From Candidatus Dadabacteria bacterium (GTDB taxonomy: Bacteria > Desulfobacterota_D > UBA1144 > Nemesobacterales > Nemesobacteraceae): DNA of 64,000 nt. Positions 19,182 to 29,656 of this stretch are shown here, in pieces. Under the pieces are notes generated by a model. The model did no database searches. It was not told the origin of the DNA and saw only the letters and a list, made by a program, of their open reading frames with translations. Numbering within the stretch: the stretch's first letter is position 1; each line of letters begins with the position of its first letter. The DNA lies in assembly GCA_028823955.1 (NCBI GenBank), contig JAPPFE010000021.1, positions 4,165-68,164 of the forward strand, in the 5' to 3' direction. The translations under genes and the position numbers were made by a program.

Positions 19182-20761
19182 CAGTCGGCTCCGTATATCT
19201 CCAGATTCTTCCTGAAAACCAGATGTTTTTCATAATCCGAGTGTTCCTCCGGATGATCAGACCTCATGTGGGCTCCCCGCGACTCCTTCCTCAAAAGAGC
19301 TGCGCGCGCGACGAGCAGACACACATCCAGCATCGTCCCGAGCTTAAAGCCAAACCATCCGGGAACATCCCTGGCTGCCGAGGAAAACTCCTCGAGCCGC
19401 GCAACGAATTCCTCCATACCCTCTCGCTCTCTCACTATCCCGAGATGCGTGCTCATCCCCCCGATTATTGAGTCCTTGGCTTCGTTGAAAAACCCGGCAT
19501 CGGCTTCTCTGGTGTCGGCAAGCATAAAGCCTTCGAAATCTCCGCTAATGTCCCCCGCATGCCGCCTGCCGGACGCGCTGTCAACACACCTTTTAGCAAA
19601 CACCATGCACTCGAGAAGGGAATTGCTCGCAAGGCGGTTGGCTCCGTGGACACCAGTGTTTGAAACCTCTCCGCAGGCGTAAAGACCCTCTATGTTCGTC
19701 TCTCCCATGAGACTGGTCCTCACTCCGCCTATGGTGTAATGGGCGGCCGGAGCAACGGGAATGCGGTCTTTGGCAAGATCAAAGCCCGAATCCCTGCAGA
19801 GCCTGTCTATGTTAGAGAACCTTTTCCTTACAAATCCGGGATCCATATGGGAGAGATCGAGATACACGTAATCTTCTCCGCAGGACCTCATCTCACTGTG
19901 AATCGCCTTTGAGACCACGTCTCTCGGGGCAAGTTCAAGGAGGGAACTGTAGTGTTCCATGAACCTCGCGCCCCGGGCGTTAAGGAGATAGGCTCCCTCC
20001 CCCCTTATCGCCTCGGTGAGAAGAAAGGCGTCGCCTTTTTTGCCGCTGAAAACAGTGGGGTGGAACTGAACGAACTCCATGTCGGAAATCTCGGCCCCCG
20101 CTCTCCAAGCAAGCGATATGCCTTCTCCCGAGGCCCCTTCCGGGTTGGTGGTCCTGCTGTAAAGGGCGCTCGCACCGCCGGTGGCGACTATGGTGCAGGG
20201 AGAAGAAATTCTCACGTAGCTTTCCCTTCCCTCGTCGTAACCCCAGACGCCGTAGCATCTCTCTCCGTCTGAGATTATGTCGGTAACGGTGACAAGTTCC
20301 AAAATGGTTACCGATTCGCTTGAACTTACAAAAGAGATTAGGAACTCGATCATCTCCTTTCCCGTCGAGTCGCCTCCCGCGTGAAGAACTCTCCTTTTCG
20401 AGTGGCCACCCTCGAGGCCGAGCAGAAGACCGCTGTCGTCGGAATCGAACTTCATGCCGAGGTTTATGAGGTCCGTGACCCTCTCCCTTCCCTCCTCGAC
20501 CAGAATCTGCACTGCGCGGCCATCGCAAAGCCCTCTTCCCGCGGCAATAGTGTCCTCTTGGTGAAAAACGGGCGAGTCCTCGGGGTCGACCGCAGCCGCG
20601 ATTCCTCCCTGAGCCCAGTATGAATTGCTTTGCACGAGGGTCTGCTTGGTCACCACCACGCACCGGCCGAGGGAAGATGCGCACACCGCAGCGTAGAGAC
20701 CCGCAAGCCCCCCGCCCACAACAAGAAAATCGCACTCGACGTCAATAATTTCCGTGCTCAT
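19181..20761 (-). CDS. nadB: L-aspartate oxidase
   Basis: 526 aa. N-terminal FAD motif VVGGGLAGL. Stop overlaps the nadC start (translational coupling). Confidence 0.95.
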   Translation of the reverse strand: MSTEIIDVECDFLVVGGGLAGLYAAVCASSLGRCVVVTKQTLVQSNSYWAQGGIAAAVDPEDSPVFHQEDTIAAGRGLCDGRAVQILVEEGRERVTDLINLGMKFDSDDSGLLLGLEGGHSKRRVLHAGGDSTGKEMIEFLISFVSSSESVTILELVTVTDIISDGERCYGVWGYDEGRESYVRISSPCTIVATGGASALYSRTTNPEGASGEGISLAWRAGAEISDMEFVQFHPTVFSGKKGDAFLLTEAIRGEGAYLLNARGARFMEHYSSLLELAPRDVVSKAIHSEMRSCGEDYVYLDLSHMDPGFVRKRFSNIDRLCRDSGFDLAKDRIPVAPAAHYTIGGVRTSLMGETNIEGLYACGEVSNTGVHGANRLASNSLLECMVFAKRCVDSASGRRHAGDISGDFEGFMLADTREADAGFFNEAKDSIIGGMSTHLGIVREREGMEEFVARLEEFSSAARDVPGWFGFKLGTMLDVCLLVARAALLRKESRGAHMRSDHPEEHSDYEKHLVFRKNLEIYGAD

Positions 20762-20782
20762 TAAAACCGCCCGCCTTCTCTC

Positions 20783-23398
20783 CTAGCTCACCGCCGATAT
20801 AAGAAAATCCTCTATCTTTTTCAGCTTCTTGGCACCGCTTATCTTGCGCCCTCTCGAGTCACGCACGTAAAACGTATCGGCGACCTGATCCGCCCTGGTC
20901 GAAATCTTGGCGTAGTCAATCGAAAGATTCAGCTCGGCAATTGTTTTCGTGATGCTGTAGAGAAGTCCCTCCCGGTCATGGGCATAAACCTCTATCACGG
21001 TCGCCTTATCTGAAGACTCGTTGTCAAACACGATTTCCGGAGGATACTCGGGAATCTTTCTTCCGTAGGAGGAATAGTTCCTCTTCCTCCTCTCAACCAG
21101 CTCGTTAACCTCAACATCTCCGTCAAGCACCTTCCCGAGGTTTTTGTCGACCTTTTTCCACACCTCTCCATACTCCTCTTCGGTCAGGTAATCGGTCCTT
21201 TCCACGTAGAACACGTCGAAAGCCTTCTTGTCGAGAGTGGTTACGATTCTTGCCCCCAGGATATTGAGTCCGTTCGCACTAAGAACCCCGCAGAACTCCG
21301 AGAATATACCCTTCTTGTCGGGAGCACAGACTGTAAACTCGTCGTATTCCTCGTAGCGGATTACCTCCGTTGCGAACTTTCCCTCAATCGAGTTCAGGAG
21401 CTTTACGTGGCGTAAAATGTTCTGTCTCGAAAACTGGCCGAAATAGGAAACCGGCATTTTTTTCAATATTTTCGTCACCTTGCGCTCGGGAATCTCTCCG
21501 GCGGCGTCTGCCACTATGTCCGAGGTCATCTTCTGCATCCACTCCTCATCGGTTTTACGCCGGTACGTGCCCGCCGACATCTGCCGGAGGGTCTTCACAT
21601 AGAGCTCCTGGAGCAGCATTCCCGTCCAGTCTTTCCACACGTCGGGACCAACCGATCTTATATCCGCAAAAGTGAGCAGGTAGAGAAGAGAGAGTGTTTC
21701 CTGGTCCGGAATGGACTTGGCCAACCTGTTCAGAACGACCGGGTCGTCAAGATCCCTTCTCTGGGAAAAATGAACCATGGCCAGATGATGTCTCACCAGA
21801 AATTCAAGCTGCTCCGCGTCGGAGGCACTAAGACCCATCCTCTCGGCTATCTTCGGGATCATGGCAGCCCCTTTCTGCGCGTGGCCTCCCCCCTGGCCCT
21901 TCCCCATGTCGTGGAAAAGGCAGGCGAGGAAAAGAACATGTCTTTTCACCAAGGTTTCGGCGACCTTTGTGAGAAAGGGAAATTTTTCCTCGTATTCGTA
22001 ATTTATAAGCCTTTCGATCTCCCTGACCATGAATATGGAGTGTATGTCGACTGTATAGACGTGGTAGGAATCGAACTGCACCATGCAGACTATTTTCCCG
22101 AATTCCGGAATGAAGCGGCCCAAAAGACGCATCTCGTTCATCTTGAGCAGCATTTTAGAAACATCCTTTCCGAAACGCAGGAGTCTCAGGAACATCATGT
22201 TGAACTCCGGGTCGTTTCGGACCTTTTCGTCTATGCGGGTTGCCTGCTCGGCCATGAGAAGTTCCAGGTATTCCGTGAATTCGACCGAGTGGCGGTCAGC
22301 GTATTCAAACGCGCGCAGGAAATTGCAGAAGTCCTCGCTGAAAACGTTTCTGCTCGTCACGGAGAGATACTTGCCCCGTATCGTAAAACCGTGGTCAAGA
22401 TGAATGGCCCTTTTGGCGAGCCTTCTTCGCGCGTACGCTCTAGTGCATTTTTCCGTCAGCCTTCGGGACTGCTGTACCAGCACCGCGGCGCGGAGGTAAT
22501 AGATCCTCATGAACTTCTCCACCGCACGGAGCTTTCCGTCCCTGTAACCGAAGGATTTCGCTACCTGGACCTGAAGATCGAAACTCAGGTTGTCCTCCCT
22601 TTTTTTCGCCTGGTAATGCAACTGCGCACGCACAAGCATAAGGAAGTTAAGGCATTTGCGTATCGCCACGTATTCCCTCTCCGAGACAAACCCCCTCTGG
22701 AGCACCTCCTCGAAACTTTTGGCCTTGTAGCTTGCCTGTGCTATCCACATCGCCGTCTGGAACTCCCTGAGCCCTCCTCTTCCCTCCTTAACGTTAGGTT
22801 CGAGGATGTAGAGGGTTTTTCCGTATCTTTCGCCCCTTACGTCCCTTTCATCTATTTTTCTCCTTATGAAATCGTGTGAGATCTTGGGGAGCACCTCGCC
22901 GTAAATTTCGTTTTCAAGTTCGTCGTAAAGAGCCCTGTCCCCGCATATGAACCTCGAGTCAAGAAGAGAACTCAGGATGGTTACATCGTTTTTGTCCATT
23001 GAGAGCTCCCTGCACTCCTCAAGGCTTCTCGTGCAGTTCCCCACATCCATTTTCGTATCCCAGAGAAGGTAAAGAAGCCGCTCAACTACTTCCTCGGCCA
23101 GGCCCTTCGAGCCTTTTTTGTGAAGGAAAAGAAGATCTATGTCGGAGTACGGGGAAAGCTCTTCCCTGCCGTAACCCCCGAGAGCCACTATGGAGACGCC
23201 TTTGAGTTCCGGGTAACCGTACCGCGAAAGGGCCTGCTTGATGAACTCGTCCACAATCTCGGTTCTCTCTCGGGCAAGCTCGTAGCCTATGAGGGCCTTA
23301 TTTTTCCTGCTCCTCGCGTAATGGCGCCTGCGTATATGCTCGTAGGAGTCCGTAAAAAAAGCCAGAAGCTCATTCTCAGTGGTCTCAAGTTCTTTCAC
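20783..23398 (-). CDS. glnD: [protein-PII] uridylyltransferase/uridylyl-removing enzyme
   Basis: 871 aa. Nucleotidyltransferase motif GGYGREELSPYSDIDL. HD domain. Two C-terminal ACT domains. Confidence 0.9.
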   Translation of the reverse strand: MKELETTENELLAFFTDSYEHIRRRHYARSRKNKALIGYELARERTEIVDEFIKQALSRYGYPELKGVSIVALGGYGREELSPYSDIDLLFLHKKGSKGLAEEVVERLLYLLWDTKMDVGNCTRSLEECRELSMDKNDVTILSSLLDSRFICGDRALYDELENEIYGEVLPKISHDFIRRKIDERDVRGERYGKTLYILEPNVKEGRGGLREFQTAMWIAQASYKAKSFEEVLQRGFVSEREYVAIRKCLNFLMLVRAQLHYQAKKREDNLSFDLQVQVAKSFGYRDGKLRAVEKFMRIYYLRAAVLVQQSRRLTEKCTRAYARRRLAKRAIHLDHGFTIRGKYLSVTSRNVFSEDFCNFLRAFEYADRHSVEFTEYLELLMAEQATRIDEKVRNDPEFNMMFLRLLRFGKDVSKMLLKMNEMRLLGRFIPEFGKIVCMVQFDSYHVYTVDIHSIFMVREIERLINYEYEEKFPFLTKVAETLVKRHVLFLACLFHDMGKGQGGGHAQKGAAMIPKIAERMGLSASDAEQLEFLVRHHLAMVHFSQRRDLDDPVVLNRLAKSIPDQETLSLLYLLTFADIRSVGPDVWKDWTGMLLQELYVKTLRQMSAGTYRRKTDEEWMQKMTSDIVADAAGEIPERKVTKILKKMPVSYFGQFSRQNILRHVKLLNSIEGKFATEVIRYEEYDEFTVCAPDKKGIFSEFCGVLSANGLNILGARIVTTLDKKAFDVFYVERTDYLTEEEYGEVWKKVDKNLGKVLDGDVEVNELVERRKRNYSSYGRKIPEYPPEIVFDNESSDKATVIEVYAHDREGLLYSITKTIAELNLSIDYAKISTRADQVADTFYVRDSRGRKISGAKKLKKIEDFLISAVS

Positions 23399-23425
23399 TT
23401 TGGGATCCCGGGAAATAAATATCCG

Positions 23426-24067
23426 TTAAATCCTGACACTTAGCGCCACCCCGTCGCGAAGGGGAACCACCGTGGAGAAAAACTCCGGATCCGAGAACAA
23501 AAGCCGGTTAAACTCCAAGACTCCTTCGGTGCTCTCAGAACCTCCGCCGCCGAGAACCCTCCCTCCCCAAAGCACGTTATCGGTAATGAGCATCCCTCCG
23601 GGGTTAAGGCTCTCCCGCGCAAGCTCGATGACCTGCGGGTAGTTCTCCTTGTCTATGTCATTGAATATCATATCAAATTTACGGTCCGAATTCGCCAGTA
23701 CTTCGAGCGCGTCCCCGCAGACAAAGCGGAGCTTGCGAATCTGCCCGGCCCGCGTGAAGTACCCGCGCGCCGCCTCCGCGTTTTCCTCAAGCCAGTCCGT
23801 ACAGGTTACCACGCCTCCGTCACCCAGAAAAAGGGAGAACCAAAGGGCCGAGTACCCGAACCCGGAACCCATCTCAAAAATGCTTTGCGGCCTGCGCAGA
23901 AGGCATATCTGCGAAAAAAACCTTCCCACAAGAGGCCCCACTATTTTCACGTCGCTTCCCTCAGCCCGCTTTTCCATCTCATAGAAAACCTCGTGGACGC
24001 GAGGATAGAGAGAGAGAATGTAATCTTCGATCTCGGGGTTCGTTATAATTGCGCCTTCGTCCATCAC
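23426..24067 (-). CDS. class I SAM-dependent O-methyltransferase (family 3, caffeoyl-CoA-OMT-like)
   Basis: 213 aa. SAM motif EMGSGFGYS. Confidence 0.8.
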   Translation of the reverse strand: MMDEGAIITNPEIEDYILSLYPRVHEVFYEMEKRAEGSDVKIVGPLVGRFFSQICLLRRPQSIFEMGSGFGYSALWFSLFLGDGGVVTCTDWLEENAEAARGYFTRAGQIRKLRFVCGDALEVLANSDRKFDMIFNDIDKENYPQVIELARESLNPGGMLITDNVLWGGRVLGGGGSESTEGVLEFNRLLFSDPEFFSTVVPLRDGVALSVRI

Positions 24068-24639
24068 CCGTCCTCGCCCCGTCCGAAATCAACGAAGATC
24101 TCCCCCGTCCCCGCGGCCTTATTCTCCACTCTCGCAAGAACGAAAAGAAGATCCGAGAGGCGGTTAAGGTAAACCAGAATCTTGCTTCCCTCCTCGGAAT
24201 CCCCGAAAAATTCCTCAACGCCTCTCTCGGCCCTCCTGCACACCGTGCGGGCGAGATGAAGCCAGGCGGCGCCCTCCGCCCCTCCAGGCAAAACAAATTC
24301 CCTAAGCTCTCCGACCTCTGGCAAAAACTCATCTATCCGTTCCTCAAGCCGTTTCGCCATCCCCGCGGTCACCCTCGGCGGGGAGAAAGTCGAATCCAGC
24401 GGGGTCGCCAAGTCGCTTCCCACGGTGAAAAGCGCGTTCTGTATTTCCCGCAGAAGCTCCTTAACCCTGGGATCGACCGCTTTTGTGCAGGCAACTCCCA
24501 GAACCGAGTTAAGCTCGTCCACATCGCCGTACGCATCGACCCTCGGCGATGATTTCCTCACCCTTTTTCCGCCCAGAAGCGAAGTTTTCCCGTCATCTCC
24601 AAGACCAGTGTAAACAGTAGTTATTCTCTTTTTAGGCAT
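24064..24639 (-). CDS. PduO-type ATP:cob(I)alamin adenosyltransferase
   Basis: Start at MPKKRITTVYTGLGDDGKTSL (24639), the classic PduO/MMAB N-terminus. 4-bp overlap with the O-methyltransferase. Confidence 0.8.
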   Translation of the reverse strand: MPKKRITTVYTGLGDDGKTSLLGGKRVRKSSPRVDAYGDVDELNSVLGVACTKAVDPRVKELLREIQNALFTVGSDLATPLDSTFSPPRVTAGMAKRLEERIDEFLPEVGELREFVLPGGAEGAAWLHLARTVCRRAERGVEEFFGDSEEGSKILVYLNRLSDLLFVLARVENKAAGTGEIFVDFGRGEDG

Positions 24640-24783
24640 TTGAAAAAATTTTAACCGCCCTCCTGCGAGCTTCAATTGTGGTTTAAATCTCCTCCCTCCT
24701 GCGACACATCCCAAGCGCCTTGCCCGCCGCTTTAAATCATGTTAGTTTTTAATTTCCGGCTTTAAGTTGTGAGGAGGTTCGGA

Positions 24784-25260
24784 TTGCCTTTCCCCCCCAG
24801 GCTAAGAGATAAGATACAAGAAATAGCGGATGACCACGAAACCAGGCTTTCGGCGCTTATTCCCGTCCTGCGGGAAGTGCAGAACGAATTCGGCTGGCTT
24901 TCCACCGAATCCATGGAAGAAGTCGCCGAGACACTTGATATTCCCGCCTCTTCGGTTCAGAACGTCGCGTCATTTTACACCATGTTTTTCACAGAACCCG
25001 TGGGGACTCACGTTATGTGGCTCTGCAGAACCCTTTCCTGTGCGCTTCGCGGAGCCGAGGGGTTGGAGCATCACCTATGCAAGCGCCTGGGAGTAAAAAC
25101 CGGTGAAACAACGGCCGACGGAAAAATAACCTTTCTCGAAGCGGAATGTCTTGCCTCCTGCGGTACCGCCCCCGCCATGCTCGTGGACGATACTCTTTAC
25201 GAGAACCTCACCGAGTCGGAAGTTGACAGAATAGTTGATGAAATTAAGAGAAGGGAATGA
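24784..25260 (+). CDS. NuoE-like thioredoxin-fold [2Fe-2S] ferredoxin (stand-alone)
   Basis: In-frame TTG 6 nt after a GAGGAGG SD. Cys pattern C..C...C..C (WLCRTLSC ... AECLASCGTAP) as in NADH dehydrogenase 24-kDa subunit. Stop overlaps the glycerate kinase start. Confidence 0.7.
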   Translation: MPFPPRLRDKIQEIADDHETRLSALIPVLREVQNEFGWLSTESMEEVAETLDIPASSVQNVASFYTMFFTEPVGTHVMWLCRTLSCALRGAEGLEHHLCKRLGVKTGETTADGKITFLEAECLASCGTAPAMLVDDTLYENLTESEVDRIVDEIKRRE

Positions 25261-26585
25261 GCGAGAAACTTAGAAAGGACGCAAGGAAGCTTTTTGACCA
25301 GGCGCTTAAAGAAGCCGACCCGGGAAAATGCGTTCTGGAGCATATTAAACTCAAAGGCAAGCAACTTAAGGTCGGAGGGAAGAGCTTCAATCTCTCCGAT
25401 TTCGAGTCGGTGTACGTCGTGGCCTTCGGAAAGGCCGCGTCCTCCATGGCCGCGGCGCTTGAGGAGCTTCTCGGCGAGCGGATAACCGGGGGAATCGTGG
25501 TATCAAATGTCCGTTCCGAGCAGGCTTTTCAGAAAATGGATTTTCATCTCTCCTCTCACCCGGTGCCGGATGAAAAAAGCGTCAAGGCGGCGAAAAAAGT
25601 AGTCTCGCTTCTCGAAGGATCGGGAGAGAAAGATCTCGTGATTTTCCTCATATCGGGAGGCGGAAGCTCGATACTCGCGATGCCAAGCGAAGGGCTCACC
25701 ATAGGGGATAAAAGAGCGGTGACCCAGAGACTGATGCTGAGCGGAGTCGACACCTACGGCCTTAACACCGTGAGGAAGAAAATGTCGCAGACAAAAGGAG
25801 GAGGGCTTCTTAAAAAAGCCCTGCCCTCGCAGGTCATCACGCTGATTCTCTCGGATGTTGTGGGCGACCGGCTTGAATTCATAGCTTCGGGACCCACGGT
25901 TCCCGACACTACGACCTACGAGGACGCGTGGCGGGTCATAGAGGCACTTGAGCTTGAGCATAAAATTCCCCCTAGGGTGGTGGTGCATCTTGAGAGAGGA
26001 AGGGAAAAAAACAGTTCTCCCACGATGGACCGCGAGCAGTACGAACGGAGCGGAGCCACCACGGTTGTTGTCGGAAACAATCACAAGGCGATAACCTCTA
26101 TGGAGAAGATGGCGAAGAAAATGGGGTACAACACGCTTTTTCTCTCCTCCCAGATATCTGGAGAGGCAAGGGAAGTGGCCAAGGTGCTTGCGGGAATCTC
26201 CTTTGATGTACAAAGGTTCGGAAGGCCTGTTAAGAAACCCGCCTGCATACTTTTCGGGGGAGAGACAACCGTGAACGTAACGGGGCGGGGACGCGGCGGG
26301 CGCAACACCGAGACCGCCCTTTCCTTCTGCTTTGAGATAATAGGGAGTAGTGGAATCGTGGGGCTTTTCGCCGGAACCGACGGAATAGACGGTCCCACGG
26401 ACGCCGCCGGGGCGATATGCGACGGGCAATCACGCCTGATAGCAAGATCGATGGGCATAAGCGCGAGAGACCATCTTGCCGACAACGACTCTTACTCTTT
26501 CTTCGAAACCCTGGGCGATCTTATAAAAACCGGAAGCACGGGAACAAACGTCATGGACGTGGGAGTGGTTCTGATAGGAGAATGA
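25257..26585 (+). CDS. glycerate kinase (MOFRL family, glycerate 2-kinase type)
   Basis: 442 aa with DUF4147/MOFRL architecture. Confidence 0.85.
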   Translation: MSEKLRKDARKLFDQALKEADPGKCVLEHIKLKGKQLKVGGKSFNLSDFESVYVVAFGKAASSMAAALEELLGERITGGIVVSNVRSEQAFQKMDFHLSSHPVPDEKSVKAAKKVVSLLEGSGEKDLVIFLISGGGSSILAMPSEGLTIGDKRAVTQRLMLSGVDTYGLNTVRKKMSQTKGGGLLKKALPSQVITLILSDVVGDRLEFIASGPTVPDTTTYEDAWRVIEALELEHKIPPRVVVHLERGREKNSSPTMDREQYERSGATTVVVGNNHKAITSMEKMAKKMGYNTLFLSSQISGEAREVAKVLAGISFDVQRFGRPVKKPACILFGGETTVNVTGRGRGGRNTETALSFCFEIIGSSGIVGLFAGTDGIDGPTDAAGAICDGQSRLIARSMGISARDHLADNDSYSFFETLGDLIKTGSTGTNVMDVGVVLIGE

Positions 26586-26625
26586 AAAACCATCGGACAG
26601 GCGGAACAGGAGAGAACCTCGAACG

Positions 26626-27981
26626 ATGGACAGTCTGACGAAATCACCCCTTCCGAGCAACGAAGAGGCGGAGCGCGCTGTACTGGGCTCTGTACTCATT
26701 GAAAGCAGCTCGATAAACCAGGTCCTCGAAATCCTTATAGCCGAGGATTTCTATAACGAAAGCCACTCCAAGATAATGAACTGCATGATAGATCTTGACA
26801 GGGAGGGCACACCCATCGACGTTCTTACCCTGTATGAGTGGATGGACTCCAAGGGGATCATAGAAGAAGTCGGGGGGGCCGCCTACCTCACCTACTTGGT
26901 CTCGACCGTTCCCACGGCGGGAAACGTCGCTCATTACGCGAGGATAGTAAAAGACAAGTCCGTCCTGAGGAAACTGGTGCTCACCGCAACTGACATAGCC
27001 CACCGCGGGTACGGACCCGATATCGAAGTTGACGAGTTCCTGGACAGGGCGGAGCAGTCAATCCTCGACATCGCCCAGAACAAGATAAAGCCAAGCTTCT
27101 GGCACTCAAGGGAGCTCGCACCGGTGGCGATAGACAATATCGAGAGGCTCTACAAGAAAAAAGAGCTCATAACCGGCTTAAGAACCGGCTTTGAGAAACT
27201 CGACCACCTGACCTCGGGTCTTCAGAGATCTGATCTCGTGATAATTGCCGCGCGCCCGGGGGCGGGAAAAACATCGCTCTGCCTTAACATAATAAGCAAC
27301 GCCGCATTGAACGAAGACCTCTCAGTGGCCATGTTCTCGCTTGAGATGACGAAGGAGCAGCTCATGATGAGACTTCTTTCCATAAACTCGAAAGTCAGTT
27401 TTTCGGCAATGCGAAGCGGGTACATAAGGGATAACGACCTGGAGAGGCTGTTTGATTCAGCCGAGAGGTACGCGAGCGCGAGCATCTTTATAGACGACAC
27501 CCCGGCACTCACGGTGCTTGAGATAAGGGCAAAGGCGAGACGGCTTAAGAAGGACAACCGCCTCGACCTGATCGTGGTCGACTATCTGCAGCTCATGAGA
27601 GGAAGCTCGAGAAATGAAACCCGGGAAAGGGAAATAGCGGAGATCTCGGGCGCCCTGAAGGCGCTTGCCAAGGAACTTGACGTTCCGGTAATAGGAATCT
27701 CGCAGCTAAGCCGCCAGACCGAAGCCAGAACCGACCGCCGTCCCCAGCTCTCAGACCTCAGGGAAAGCGGCGCCATAGAGCAGGACGCAGACGTAGTGCT
27801 CTTCATTCACCGCCAAGACATATACAGAAAAAACCCCGAGGAAAAAGATGGCATGGCGGAACTCATAATCGGAAAGCAGAGAAACGGGCCCACGGGCACG
27901 GTGAAGCTGGTGTTTCTTGAGCAAAACGGGATTCCGAGCTTCGAGAATCCTTCGGACGAATTCGAAGAGGGATTCGTCTAG
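26626..27981 (+). CDS. dnaB: replicative DNA helicase
   Basis: 451 aa. Walker A GARPGAGKTS. DnaB C-terminal RecA fold. No intein. Confidence 0.95.
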   Translation: MDSLTKSPLPSNEEAERAVLGSVLIESSSINQVLEILIAEDFYNESHSKIMNCMIDLDREGTPIDVLTLYEWMDSKGIIEEVGGAAYLTYLVSTVPTAGNVAHYARIVKDKSVLRKLVLTATDIAHRGYGPDIEVDEFLDRAEQSILDIAQNKIKPSFWHSRELAPVAIDNIERLYKKKELITGLRTGFEKLDHLTSGLQRSDLVIIAARPGAGKTSLCLNIISNAALNEDLSVAMFSLEMTKEQLMMRLLSINSKVSFSAMRSGYIRDNDLERLFDSAERYASASIFIDDTPALTVLEIRAKARRLKKDNRLDLIVVDYLQLMRGSSRNETREREIAEISGALKALAKELDVPVIGISQLSRQTEARTDRRPQLSDLRESGAIEQDADVVLFIHRQDIYRKNPEEKDGMAELIIGKQRNGPTGTVKLVFLEQNGIPSFENPSDEFEEGFV

Positions 27982-28610
27982 ACTATGAAGGGCTTTACGA
28001 CCGCCTTGGACTTTGACTCCTCCAGGTAGAGAGCGGGGGAGCGCTGCCAAGCAACGAATTTTTGGTGGATTTCTGCGAATTTCTGCCTGACCGAGGTCCA
28101 GTGAAAATCCCAGTCGTAGTTCTTAGGCCTGTCTGAAAAAAACATTTCGGAGAATACGGCGCTCTGCTCCGGAAGTCCCTTCTCCGCGATCCAGCCCGTT
28201 CTCACGTTCGCGTAGCCGCTGGCAAACCCCATGGCCAGCGTTCCCTCGAGGCCGAGGCGCAGCGCTGCCGCGTTCACAAGCTCTACATAGACGTAGAGGG
28301 CTTCCGTTGTGCGGTAGTTTTTCTCCGGGAATCTCTCCCGGAACTCCTGCAGGTTCTTCACGAGATACATCGGATAATAGGTTGGAGAGTAAACCGAAAC
28401 GGATTTCGTCGGACTCCCAAGCGGCTCGCGCGTTATTGTTTCCCCGGAAATTGTCCCGAGCATGAAATCATCCCCGCAGTAATCCCCCGTATCCCCGCAA
28501 AGAGCCAGGGAGACCCTTATCTTCTCCCATTCTTCTCTGGCGATCTCGCTTGCGCGCTCTATCTCGCTGGCTGTCTCGTCGGCTAAAACAAGTTCTTCAA
28601 GTGAAGGCAT
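27978..28610 (-). CDS. hypothetical protein
   Basis: 210-aa ORF convergent with dnaB (stop codons overlap). Backbone GC. No motif recognised. Confidence 0.5.
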   Translation of the reverse strand: MPSLEELVLADETASEIERASEIAREEWEKIRVSLALCGDTGDYCGDDFMLGTISGETITREPLGSPTKSVSVYSPTYYPMYLVKNLQEFRERFPEKNYRTTEALYVYVELVNAAALRLGLEGTLAMGFASGYANVRTGWIAEKGLPEQSAVFSEMFFSDRPKNYDWDFHWTSVRQKFAEIHQKFVAWQRSPALYLEESKSKAVVKPFIV

Positions 28611-28671
28611 CTTGAACGAAAATCCTCCTGCGCTTCAATATACATATACCGGGGAATTTATCAAAAAACAC

Positions 28672-29055
28672 TTAAGGCAAAAACCTTTCCCTCTCCTCAG
28701 GGGACGGTACCCGGCATGTATCCCTTCTACCGAAAATACTGTAGCGGTTCCTCGATATGATTCCGTAGAAATAGTCTTTTACAGGCCGGGGGACGCATAT
28801 TAGTAGCGCGGGAAGTGTCCAGAGACCCCCAAGCCTTCTAAGAACCAGCAAAACCGCGTCAGCTCCCTCGTAAACCCCTTCTTCATCAGCGTAGGCTATC
28901 TTCCAATCGCGCGGGGGTTCGTCCTGATACAGAGAGAACTCAACGGCTGTCTCTCCCTGCACGGGGGAAAAGAATATTTCCCGGCGGACATCCGCCCACA
29001 TCACGAAATCGACGAACCTGTTACAGAACCCGCACACGCCGTCAAAAAAAATCAC
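28672..29055 (-). CDS. thiol-disulfide oxidoreductase DCC family (DUF393)
   Basis: 127 aa. FDGVCGFCN motif. Confidence 0.8.
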   Translation of the reverse strand: MIFFDGVCGFCNRFVDFVMWADVRREIFFSPVQGETAVEFSLYQDEPPRDWKIAYADEEGVYEGADAVLLVLRRLGGLWTLPALLICVPRPVKDYFYGIISRNRYSIFGRRDTCRVPSPEERERFLP

Positions 29056-29089
29056 AGGTTTTTCTGATCCCGGAATCTCTATCTCCCGT

Positions 29090-29563
29090 TTACGTAAGCT
29101 CCCGTATGAGGTTTTCGTGCTGAGGAAATCTCAGCAGAAGGCTCTCCTGCGCACCCAGTTCGAAATCCTCAAGCTCAAACCCGGGAGCCATCGTAGTTCC
29201 CATAAAAGCGTATCCGTGCTCTCCCTCCACCACCATTGCGCCCTGCCAGGTTCCCTTGGGAATCACAAGCTGGGTTCTCTGGCCGGAGGGAAGATTATCT
29301 CCCATGAACACTATCCTTGATTCTCCCGTAGGATAGAGAAGCAGCATCTGGACGGGATCGCCGAAGTAAAAATGAAAAATTTCGTCCGAATTCACCCTGT
29401 GCATCTTGGAATTCTCCTCTGAGGTTATAAGGTAGTAAATAGCGGTTGAAAGACTGCGGTCTTCTCCGGCCATTTCCTCGCTTCTGTAAGTTTCTTTGTA
29501 GTATCCTCCCTCGCCGGGAAGCTTTTTCAGACCGAGTCTCTGTATAAGGTGATCGGCTTTCAT
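29090..29563 (-). CDS. cupin-fold protein, DUF985/COG3542
   Basis: 157 aa. N-terminus LGLKKLPGEGGYYKETYRS typical of DUF985. Confidence 0.75.
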   Translation of the reverse strand: MKADHLIQRLGLKKLPGEGGYYKETYRSEEMAGEDRSLSTAIYYLITSEENSKMHRVNSDEIFHFYFGDPVQMLLLYPTGESRIVFMGDNLPSGQRTQLVIPKGTWQGAMVVEGEHGYAFMGTTMAPGFELEDFELGAQESLLLRFPQHENLIRELT

Positions 29564-29656
29564 GGATTTTCCTCCAGCAAAATTGTTAAAATCAAATCAG
29601 CAATATAATATAATACGTCAGGACGATTTCACCATACAAAAACGGGGGATATTAAA

